A stretch of DNA of 60,037 nt, the filler included, from Hausera hauseri (lineage: Eukaryota): NCBI GenBank assembly GCA_046269625.1. It is 10 parts of 10 records of this genome, joined end to end, with 100 filler letters (N's around TTAATTAATTAA, not from the genome) between each part and the next. Parts side by side here need not be neighbours in the genome. Positions count along the whole stretch, not along the records: positions 23,439 to 29,260 come from JBJURY010183083.1; positions 29,361 to 35,259 come from JBJURY010171750.1; positions 35,360 to 41,236 come from JBJURY010175750.1; 7 more parts are not named here. One strand, given 5' to 3'. The notes under the pieces are model-generated. The model was not told where the DNA came from. It was given only the letters and a program-made list of their open reading frames with translations, and did no database searches. Positions within the stretch are counted from its first letter, which is position 1, and every line of letters starts with the position of its first letter. The translations under genes and the position numbers were made by a program. This document shows positions 27,060 through 38,300 of the stretch, in pieces.

Positions 27060-28961
27060 TTGACCTGTCTTGGGTAATTAAAGTTCTGCCCGTTCTTTTG
27101 TTGTTCAATTTCATGCCGAAAACATTTTCAATCGTGGCTTATGATAGAAGTCAAGCGAAGGAAGGTCCTATATATTCGCTGCTATATTTAGATAAATGTC
27201 CATATATCAACCCAACATCATTCACTACAGTACCTAACAAGAATATCATGTCCATCAAGAATCGGAATTTGTGAAAACTAAAGTAAAAGAATGTTTCGTG
27301 CGAATAAATCGTTTCCACTTTATTTGCGGTTACTGGTACAGAAACTCCGCTATAGTAGAACTCATTTCGAACCCTTCCAACCACTTCCGATAAGCAAGTG
27401 AATGTGTGTAGAGGCCTTTGTAACCAAATCAATATCGAAGGTATTCGGTTGAAGGCTCAAAAAGGTAAAATTATTAGCAAAAGAATTTTTTTAGTTTGAA
27501 CAATCGACAAAACTGGTTATTGTAAAGGAGAACCATACTACATAAATGGTGAAATTTTGGATAACATAGTAGACATTGAGGATTATCAAGTTGGACTAAG
27601 AGAATATGACGTTATTTGAGTTACCATCTGGAAAAATGATGACATTCCCTGAAAGTGATTATTACAACAAAAAACGCGATACAAGTGATTCAATCATGTC
27701 ATATGAAGTCGACAAGGATGAATGCCATTTGGCCCTGTTGAAAACCGGAAAGTTTAACGAAACAAGGACGAATAAAGAAATATTAAAAAACAAAATAGAT
27801 CGAGTGTCAGATACAATCAAAATCCCAACTATAATACATTCGGCAAACCGGAGTGAAGGGATGAGGTTAAAAATAGAAAGTGATACAAAGAGATGTGAGC
27901 AAGTAGTATATCGAACAAACTACAAAGGAATATTTTTATCAACAACCGAAGTAACTAAAGCATAAAGAAAATTGATAAATTGGAGGTGAAGCAGCGTCAA
28001 TACTTTGATAAAATATATTTCATTTACCATTTTCATCAAGAAAATATCTATACCATGTACCGTGAAATAATCTTAAACGACTAGAAGTTGAGCAGAGAAA
28101 TAATCTGGAACAGAATATACTTATCAACAATACCGGATGAAATAATAAAAGATCCAGCTTAATCATCCGATGCAGAAAGAAAATTTACACGAACGATGAG
28201 ACAAAATCTTGTAACTTTCGAATGTACTAGAGTAACNNNNNNNNNNGACCGACTAGTGACTGTACAAGGGAGCTACCCGTTTGGTACAAAGAGAAGCCGC
28301 GATTTTTGCAACCGATTACCCGGATATTGTTAGATCCCATGGGAAAATCATACGTACATCAAAATTGTACATATACGATGTCGCCAGAATTTCGACTAAG
28401 CGACAACTTTTGAGTAAAATTGCACAAAATGAGCAAATTACTCCATCTCAGAGAATAAGTCTAATCAATTTGAAGACTGAACAAACATAAGCCACTTAAA
28501 GACTTAGTAAAGATGGGTGTATATTAAGGAACAAGATACGGAGATTCATAAGAGAATGATGTTCCCCAACAGATACAGAAAGTTTTAACAGAGACGGCCG
28601 TGAGGGTGTTAGTTGATCATACTGAAAAGGCTAATTGGAAAAACTTGATGGGACCAGACTACGCAAAGCAAATCACAAAGGATATATTCGCTACCGCATG
28701 GGCATGGTAAAATGGTTTGGTCAATTCAATTCTGGATGGGTGGGATTCCATTATATTCTTGCTTTTATAAAAGCAATTCTTACAATGGTAACCAAAAGAT
28801 ACGGTATAAAGCAAGCCGCTAGATGTACATGGAAAATAATCTATGCCTTGATTCCATCCATAGCTAGTTGTTTCTTAATAAAAAAGATGCTGAATGGAAC
28901 CAGAAGAATAAAAACAAATGATTCTAACGATGATGAAGATATATCTCCAACAAAAAGATAA
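27060..28961 (+). pseudogene. Envelope glycoprotein of chuvirus-G / herpes gB-like (class III fusion) type
   Basis: Internal signal peptide WVIKVLPVLLLFNF; IVAYD...YSLL...CP; ECFVRINRFHFICG; GYCKGEPY; CEQVVYRTNYKGIFLS; FECTRV..RPTSDCTRELPV; C-terminal FGQFNSGWVGFHYILAFIKAIL membrane region; many stops; 10-N gap at 28237-28246. Confidence 0.8.
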
Positions 28962-29110
28962 AAACAAATTCTCATTCAACTTCTTCCGTGAATACTAAAG
29001 ATATGGAGTTTAATCACTTCTAAAAGTAAAAAGCGGAGAAAATTACTTTCATATATTCCACAAAAAAGAGAATGAATATTCAATAGAACAGCAACAGTTC
29101 ATTACTTCCT

Positions 29111-29260
29111 ATGATTACATTGACATACATTATTCTGGTGATATGGAAAATTACGATCCGAAACACGAAATTAACGTTTTATCCAACGGCTCCAAAAGAA
29201 GCCCTAATAACTAATACACATGGTGGTAAAGTAATACCAAGAACGGTAATCTGGATTGAT
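29111..29260 (+). pseudogene. Post-env frame with a PTAP motif and possible start of a retropepsin protease
   Basis: FYPTAP...VIPRTVIWID at the contig end resembles the PxVxIxG strand preceding ALIDTGA; the catalytic motif lies beyond the end. Confidence 0.35.
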
Positions 29261-29960
29261 NNNNNNNNNNNNNNNNNNNNNNNNNNNNNNNNNNNNNNNN
29301 NNNNTTAATTAATTAANNNNNNNNNNNNNNNNNNNNNNNNNNNNNNNNNNNNNNNNNNNNACTCAAGAGAAAAAACTGCTTATGGTATCACGATTTGAAA
29401 CTATCATTGAATTCTCATCAATGGAGGACGCTGCTAAGTGGGGTTTCACATATATGGGGAATCGAATGACGTCATTAGATTCTTCGAATAATGCTCACTT
29501 GATCGATTATTCGTGTTCGAATAGCTAATTATTCGACTTGTAAGCTCGAATTAGAATACCTGATGCCATATTCCGATTCGCCATATATACTTTCCTATCC
29601 AACTCCGCTATTCGATTTATCGATTTCCGCTTCACTGAGCTTTAAATGTACATTTTGCTCAATTATAAATATTGATTTTATATCTATATAGTACATTTTT
29701 ATATTATAATTTTAATGCATCAGGAGGTTATCGAATACGAGGAATCGATTTCTGCCGTTAGATTTTTCGAATAGTTTGAACTTCGATTTTTGAACTTGAA
29801 AAATTCGAATTTCGAATTTTTGACTACAGATTCAAGTTCGGCATAGTCAATTTCCTATCTGTCTCCGCTCAATGTTGGATCGAATTTTGCTTTCTACGGC
29901 CTACAAAACCTTTGGAAAATTTGATCCATTTGCACTTTGGATCGATATTAATCGATCACT

Positions 29961-30700
29961 AATCAATAAATTTAAATTCTAACTGCACATTCATATAATA
30001 CACCGTGTTTGTGTTCGAATGCACCCGGTGCCGAGTGCTAATCATCCATAGTGGAAATGTCGGAAATTCGATATTATTGATTTTTGCACACTTGCACACG
30101 TGTTTTTGCACTGCACACCAGCAATCAAGGTGCATCTCAATGTGCTCTATCCATCTGCACTTGACCCCGATCAATTCCATCAATCCTACGCTGCACAACT
30201 GCAAAAGTATGCAAAGTGAAAAAGTGCCCTGGCAACCGTATCCAAGTGCACACCACACTCGAGTTTTGCACTGAACGATACTACATCAAGTGCTGCACCT
30301 GCCAGTATATGTGCAATATTGATATTATTGATTTAAAATTTATAGCGGAAAGGCCTACGTACCTTCTCCCTCAGTTGACGTTTTATTAAAAACCAATCAA
30401 TAAATTCAAATTCTAACTGCATATTCACATAGCCAGTCATGTGTGCTACCGATTGCACCCGGTCCAGAGTGCTAATCATCAATACTAGAAATATCGGGAA
30501 TCCAATATTATTGATTTTTGCACACTTGCACATGTGCTGCACATTTGCACTTGCACCAATCGATGCATCTCGATGTACTCTATCGAGTAGCACCTTGTCC
30601 CGCTCGATACGATCAATACTGCATTGTGCAATTATCGATTTGTGAAAAGTGCAAAAATGTGACTAGCAACGGTACCTAGGGGCACCGTTGCCTAGCACAC
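29961..30700. repeat. Diverged tandem duplication (period 434 bp), rich in TGCA/TCGA, non-coding; probably part of a DNA transposon
   Basis: AATCAATAAATT(T/C)AAATTCTAACTGCA starts at 29961 and 30395 and similarity continues for ~300 bp. Confidence 0.8.
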
Positions 30701-31049
30701 TACCGATCACTAGTGCTCCAGTGCACTATTGATTGGCACATGTGCAAAATCGATTTATCGATTTTACCCCCTCCCCGGGGTGAGGGAGAAGGTATATTTT
30801 CCTACTACTAAAGGTCAAATGGCAGAATTCGGCACGATTACGAAAATCATCGATTTTATCCAGCATTTCTTTATGATTATAAAGAAAAACCAAAAGTTCA
30901 CCATTTATTATCAAATAGAATAAACCTGCTAATTCTTTATTCAGTGTTTCGTAATTGCTGTAGTCCTTTTTCAAATCTTTCTGATCCAAAAACGCATCGA
31001 TGTCGGTAATACAAACTATGATCTCTCCAAGAATAATATGCTGAGGATC

Positions 31050-33533
31050 AAACAAACAGGAACCATGGAGCCTGTGAAGGATGTCGTTGATTAATTGTAG
31101 AGGGTAGGCATCCGTTACTGTTGTAGTGTTGAGTTGGCGGTAATCACCGCATATGCGAAAGGTACCATCTTTTTTGGAACCACATGTAGTGGTGAAGACC
31201 ACGACGATTTGGATCTTCTGATTATTTCTTATTTTTCCACTTCGAGAAACTCGGCCTCCATTGCCTGTCTGCGGCGAGGTGGCAGTGGGTGGACCTTTTG
31301 ACGTATTGGTCTTTGATGTGCTGTTTCTATATTATGGAATGTGGATTTAGGTGGTACGAATGATTTGTCCTTCTGCAACAGACGCGTGCCGAAAGACGAA
31401 ATGTATTGTTGTAGATCAAAAGGCAACAATGAAAAGTTATCCGATGGTGTCGATGCATCGTAACTGGATGTAGTTAAGGTATGAGTTATACACGAGGTGT
31501 TATGGCTAGGTGGTATTTGGTGCAGGATGTTCGTGCTGAATATAGTGTTAGCAGCAGTACTGTCAGTAATAGGTGCCACGCAGTTGGCAATATCGTATTT
31601 GAAACCGTAGTAAAAATTTCTATATAACGAATGATTATAAAAATAATTTAAATATGAAATCGTTTTCTTTAGTATTGACTTCCTGGCAGCGGTCGCCCGG
31701 GTGATCACCGAAAGGCTGATAATTTGATTAAGATTATTTCCGCACTTTAAGGAACATCGATTGCAATCTACAAGTAAATTGTAGTGGGACACAAAGTCTG
31801 AACCCAATATAGGTGTGCGTACATTGGCCACTGTAAATTTCCATGCAAATGTGTTTGGAAAGTGTGGAAGAGTGTACGTTAATTTGGTAACTCCAAAAAT
31901 TTGTAAAGGTTCACCGGACGCAGTGAACAGTTACTTTTTGAGGTGAAATTGTTTTGGATGTGTTGTGTTGGTGGCAGTAGAGAGATTGCTGCGCCGGTGA
32001 TTATAAGAAAATTAATGTTTTGCTTTGTTGGAGTGACGACTGTAGCTCTCAACGTGAGTAGAGCAAAGGAAATGTGTCGGCTATCTTTTTGCACCTTGGT
32101 GCCTTTGCTAGGACTTGCCGTGTGTCCTAGGGGCAAAATCAGTTTTTATAGTTGTTGAGTTTGGACTACTGTGCCATGTGAATTTAGTAGTGTTGCTTTT
32201 ATTGTGTGTGTTGTAGTTACAGCCAGATAGGCATTTCTGTGCTTTTGTGCCAAATTTTGAGTGATAGATGCAAACGATGTTGCTTGTATTAAAATCAGTG
32301 GAGTAAAATTTACAACCGATGCAGCATTTCTGAGAATTGTTACCAAATTTGCTATGATAATAGCAAATAGATGACCGCGCGGGCGAAGGCGACCGTCTTT
32401 GACGTTGAATAAATACATTAGGGGAAGCAGCCCTAGAAAAACCCCGTCGAAGCTGCGTTAATTTGTTTAATTTTTGGTTTGTGGTGTTGATTGTCTTTTG
32501 TAACATTTCATTTTCCGTGCGTAATTGCGCAATTTGTTGCTGCAGCATTGAATTTTGTTGTTGTTGGTCTGTTGTTAATGCTGCATAGAGAGTTCATGTT
32601 GTGTGTGAGTGCAGTACATCATATGCTTTGTCTGCCAGTTCGGCTAGCTTGTCCAGAGCCGTGGAGTTCTCGACCACGGTAAGCAAAGCTCTTATTTGAA
32701 GGAGAAGTGCATTTAAAATATAGTGACGAATAAGTTCTGGACTGTGCTCAGATGTTACGCCAAGGGTGTTAAGGTGAGACAAGAACGTGCATAAGAATTC
32801 AGAAGGCTTCTAAAGGCCCACGGAGTTATCGTTGAAGAACTTTTGAATGATGGAGTCGATTGACGGCTCAGTAAGCTTGAGAACAGCATTGTAAAGTTGA
32901 GCATATGGATCGGTGTGCTGAAGGATATCGATGATATTGGTAATTTTAGTTTCGATGGAAGCTGGTAAGTGGAAAAAGACGCTGTTATCTTTGGATAAAG
33001 AGTCGACGACGTTTTGTGATTGGAGCCAGAATTGGTGCAGTTTTAGCCACGTTTGAGTAGAGTTTTGGCTGTCGAGGAAATATTCGGTGCAGGGTGAATG
33101 AGTGAGGAGGGTGTGTTATGTAGTGGTGTTTGAAGCACTTTGTTTGGATAAGTGAATGATGGGGATCTGTGGTTTGGTTAGTTTGTCCGTGGTATCAGTT
33201 GTGGGTGATGAATCCATGACACCACGGATACTGAAGTGAATGTGAAAACAGATGTGATTTGAGGATGATTGTAGAGTTCCAGCGAGGGGTACTAGAGATC
33301 CATTTATATAAGGTAGAAATCAGAGAAGTAGAGTAAGGTAGAGATGAAATTGTGAATGGCTGCAGTGTGTGAGTAATGCTGTATGTGTTTATGTATTTAT
33401 GTATAAAAAGAAAGATGGAGTAGGGAGAGGTGATATTCCCGGGGACGTGTTGGGGGCGGCAGCTAACGGCGCCGTCCGACCCAATGGTGCAGGATGGGCG
33501 GCTGGGAACTCAGCTTCGCCGCGGTGGGCCTCA
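31050..33533 (-). mobile_element. Ty3/Gypsy retrotransposon C (same family as A): gag, PR and 5' RT only
   Basis: Gag from ATG near 33218 with KPSEFL, LDKLAELADK and two CYYH/CIYHSKFG...KC..GC knuckles; TAAAAAC-TGA plus CTAGGAC/GTCCTAG hairpin; PR FLIITGA; RT KDGTFRICGDYRQLN..DAYPL, truncated near 31050. Confidence 0.93.
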
Positions 33534-35259
33534 AATTTTGGGGTAAAAACAATAATGAAAATTTTAGTTGTTTGAATCAACTAAAGCAAATTCTCATTAA
33601 ACTTACCAACAGGAAGACGTTCAGCATCCAAAAACACATGATATCCACGGAGTCGTAAATGCACCATCAATAGACTGGCTAACTGATATCCGTTACTCCG
33701 TCGATATAAGATAAATACATCTATATTCTTTATAATTGGTTCATTGTACATAGAATCATCAGCATGATTAGAAACAACAAAATTATCAATTTGTGCACTG
33801 GTGGATGACAATTGACGTGGCAATTCTTTCATATAATCGACATAATCTATTGGTTGAGTAGTAACAGCAACCTTAGAGCCCTTCATAAACTTCATTTTAT
33901 AATCTTCTACTGCTTTCAGAATTCGCACTCGGTGGACAGAATTCGTTACACAGCAATCTTTGGCCAGTGAGTTATCAGTTATGTTCGAAAGAAACTTTTG
34001 ATCCACGCCCGCTTTGATAGATGAAGATGTGTAATGACAGAAATCTGATCCAATATGCATTTTGAGCCAGTCTAGACACCGGTGGAATCACATGCTTCGT
34101 ACGTTATAATATTTTTCAATTTCATTATCTCCCTCAGTAATCGAATTCGGGTAATTTTATTTTTTATTTGTATATGATTTTCCAAAATCTCTTCCGTCAT
34201 CGTTAACAAAATATCGACATCTATACGGAGAGATTCAAATAATTCATAAAGATCGTCAAATTCGATCATTTTGAGCCCATGACAAACATCTTCTACTTTC
34301 CAAATAGGAACAAGATGTGAAAAGCTGAAAGAAATATTTTCATTGAGAATTTTTAATGCTTGGCAGGCAAATTGAGCAGCTATTCGAAAAGTACTAGAGG
34401 CGACTTTTCTAAGACAATCAGTAGCACCGGTATCGCTAAATAGCTGAGTTTTTCCTTGCCTATGCTTGATTCGGGCTTCCATTACAAAATGGAATGAAGC
34501 CAATGAAACAGCTTCAATACTGCCACTTTTAAGAATTGGTAAAAGCTGCTGCAACCACTTGGATGATCGACCTTGAAAATGCGACTTTTCAGTTTTTGCG
34601 AAATTATGTGACGAATGATTTCGTAAAAACAAAAAAACTAGTTCTAATGTTCCTGATAAATAAACCATATGAGCTAGTTCTCTATGGGCTGATAGGACTA
34701 CAATAGCCATACAGGCACAATACTTTATAATAACGTCTTCATTAAAAGCTAACGGAAACAACCAATCTGAAACTTTATAATGACCCATTGTCATCTGGAT
34801 GTAAACATTTCCGAAAAGACCCAAATTAACTAACGCAAATGCAACGTGCATAGGAGTTGCGTTATCGGTCGACCTGCATGAATAGATGAAACTTTTCAGA
34901 CCATCACATTGAACAATGAGTCTATTTGTTTTTTGTGATGTTTCACCAAACCTTCGAGAATGGAAATAAATGCTCGATTTAAATCTTCATTAGGCAATTC
35001 AAATGCAGAAAACTGTGAAATGTCCAATTGGTATATCAATTCCAAAACGTCATCATACAGACATTTAGTTTAACTTCATAATTTCGATTTCGTTCTTTGC
35101 TATCATCGAAATCAGATTCACAGAAATAATTTGATGTTGTAATCTCAATAGGTATAGATATTTCTCGTGCAGTATTTTCGAGAAAAACAGCAGTTTCCGG
35201 TTTGTAACTGCTTTGGCTGAAAATCTCACCCTTTTCACAGTCGGATAACTCACTAGCAC
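33534..35259 (-). pseudogene. SARM1: SARM1 homologue (ARM-SAM-SAM-TIR), intronless, disabled, TIR truncated
   Basis: WLFPLAF, LQQLLPIL, AFHFVMEA-like motif, VPIWKVEDV (SAM1), [13 protein letters not shown] (SAM2), [44 protein letters not shown]; in-frame stops at 34072 and 33581 and upstream frameshifts. Confidence 0.95.
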
Positions 35260-35359
35260 NNNNNNNNNNNNNNNNNNNNNNNNNNNNNNNNNNNNNNNNN
35301 NNNTTAATTAATTAANNNNNNNNNNNNNNNNNNNNNNNNNNNNNNNNNNNNNNNNNNNN

Positions 35360-38300
35360 GTTAAAAGATTGAGTAACTATTCGACTCCAAAATTCTTATT
35401 TGTCATTAAAAATAACGTTCTGAAAGAATATCAACATGGTATCAACAAGATCGGTTGAAATTATACAACATAGTTCTTAAAAACATCCATTTCACCATTT
35501 TGGGTTTCAGAACTAGAATTATTGTTCGTCAAAGAATTCGAATTAAAAAATACGTCGTAAGCAAAATAAATTTTATTCCATCATCAAAAATTAATTACGT
35601 CTTTCTTTTCCCTATTATAAAACACGCCCCTTACAAGAAAGTAAATTATTAAAAATAATCTTCTTGATCGAGTTACATTCGGATGATATTTCGAGTAGAA
35701 GTAACTCGTTGAATTGTACCCTATTACCGATAACTGATAGTATAAAATGTAAAGACACCATAAACAGGATAGAAAATTCATTATAATTCCCGTAGTGATC
35801 CACGGCTGCATCCTGTAACTACAAACTGCATATTCAAAGGGATTTGCACCAGACACTTGTCCGCAGCTGATTGACAAATACCTAATGCTAATATTTATAA
35901 ACAAGGCCATCAGAGAAGCACTGTGAAAAAGGAGAAAAATAAAATTCCTCATATTATTTCGTCCAATGCACTTCATCAAAAACAAACAATGATGATCCAT
36001 ATCAACTATGCAATCTTCACAGAGTTTGCAATGCTTCACTTGTTTCGGTCGTGGATAGACTTCACAAAACGTACAAAATCTATCATAAGGAATAGCATTC
36101 ATCGACTTAATACCCGACTTCAACATTCGATGGAATTCATTGAAAAAATCCCGGAAATTCGAATATTCGATTTCTGAAATTTTCAGACGACCCGGATCCA
36201 CAATAACAATTCGTAAATAACACAAGAAAAATAATGGCAATAGACAATAGATGAGAAGCAATTGCCACTCAGTTCCGTTCATTTTTGGATAAATTTTTAT
36301 GCAAAACACAATCAAATCGTGAGTAAATCCTGCAAAATAAGCCCCGGCGAAAATCGGGTTTTGATCGATAACAACGACATTCACCCGATGGCCCTGCGAT
36401 ATGACAAATACAGACATGGCAATGGAACACACCGCAAAAATAATGTAGTCGTGTTGTACAAAATAGTGCGACAGGAAAATGGTGAAGAGGAAAATAGAAA
36501 ACGGTAAGAAAAACAAAACGAATCGATACATTTTGAAATTGATCCGCAGCTGAGCCAGAGACATTATCTGAAGAACGAAGAAAAGCATTGTGAAATGCCA
36601 ATTTTGTGATTTATAATCATCGGGTAATTTGCTGTAGGCATCCGCGGGAGTTTTGTTCTCCGAATTTTTGGCAAAAACAACTGTCGAATCCTCTTGAGTC
36701 AATAACAAGTCAACATCGAACATGGGCATTCGTTCAACGTTGTGGAATACCAACAATGGTACGCATTGTAGCTGGCGATTTTCAATTGCCAAATGGAGAC
36801 AGGTATTTCTATTTTGTCGAGTTCTATCCAAAATATTCGTCCGACTTTTTCGTAACAAAAATCGAATACAGTCGATTTTACCGTGTACACACGCCAGATG
36901 CAGACAAGTCTGACCGAAATTGTCTTTGGAAACAAAAGATAGTTCGGTAAAACTCTCGATCCATAATAATGCTGGAACGCTACCACTGATCACAGCACAA
37001 TGAGCCAAATTTTGACCCTAAAATGTAAAATACATATTCAACATGTTTGACCCAAAACAGGTTCAACTTCATTTTAATAGACACCCTTAGTATCGAATCG
37101 ATGAGTGTAGTAATGTTGGATTGAAAAGCATGCACAAGAAAAATATTCGGGGTCGAACCAACCCATACCAATTAAGAGGAATCTTTAAAATAAAACTAAG
37201 TTAAAGATATAAACTTTTACAGAAAAAATCGAGCATTGTGTCAATATTCATAACTTTTAATTCGCTCGGAATGTTTTCGACATTTAGTATACTTTACTTC
37301 AAAGGTCTTTATTCTTTATTTCCATACGTAGTTTATAATCGCAATGGAAGTTGTTTAAATTCACAGATAGTTTCCACCACATGCAATAATATTTGTAAGA
37401 TCCTGACGAAGGTGCAGGAATTCTTTGTTCAAAGTGGAGCGTTGTAGATTTTGCAAAGAATTCGAGAAAATTATACATTTCATATTTCGTATGTAATGTT
37501 TTATTTCTTGTAGCCTCTATATGCCGAAATGATGGGAAACGTTTATAAGTGTATTGACGCAAAATCATTTGAATTACAATTTCTTTCGATTTTTCTAGGA
37601 TTTTTGGTAAGTATCGGAAGCTGAAGCTTTCTTTCGATACAGTTCTAATAGATTTGTAATTTCTTTCGTAATAATAGACAGAAACGTGCATTAATATAAT
37701 GATATTCTGATTTACAGAAAGTTTATATTTGACATGCTATATTTCGATTTACAATATTCTTTACCATCAATAAATTAATATTAATAAAGTACTACATAAC
37801 ATTTTGTCAACATATTTGGATAATGTAGTTACATAATATTCAAATTCAAATAAATAGAATCAATGCAAAAGCAAACCATTGAAAATTCCATTGAAAAATA
37901 AATTGTAATTTTGAAAAACAAAGCTAAGATTTTTGAATTAATTTGGTGAACATAATATGCTTGCCAAATTCGGCATTCCGCTTACATGACAGTTGTTGCT
38001 CTATATATCGATACAAGCTTATTCTAACAGTGGAATTTTACCATACGGGCTTATAAATTAATGTCGACAAACGTGGTAACTTTTTATATCGACGTCGATT
38101 GAAAATTTTACTCGATTTTTATGAAGCAAAACTGACTTTTTGAAATCACATTATTATAAAAGGTTCGGTATATGTTTCCCAAATGAAATTTTAATTCATC
38201 CGTTATGCTTAACCTCGAATCCCTTAAGATTCGATTAACCCCGAATATAACATGAAACGTATAATATTAGTTTCACAATCTTCAGTTTTAGTATCAATTT

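Noticed and set aside
30726-31202. 158-aa ORF as an RT fused to a novel domain
   Set aside because: RT similarity stops at ~31050; the remainder is read-through into an adjacent repeat
33581-34060. Prokaryotic TIR (Thoeris-like) defence gene next to an RT, as in a retron-type system
   Set aside because: The ARM-SAM-SAM-TIR architecture is animal SARM1, and the RT belongs to a Gypsy insertion
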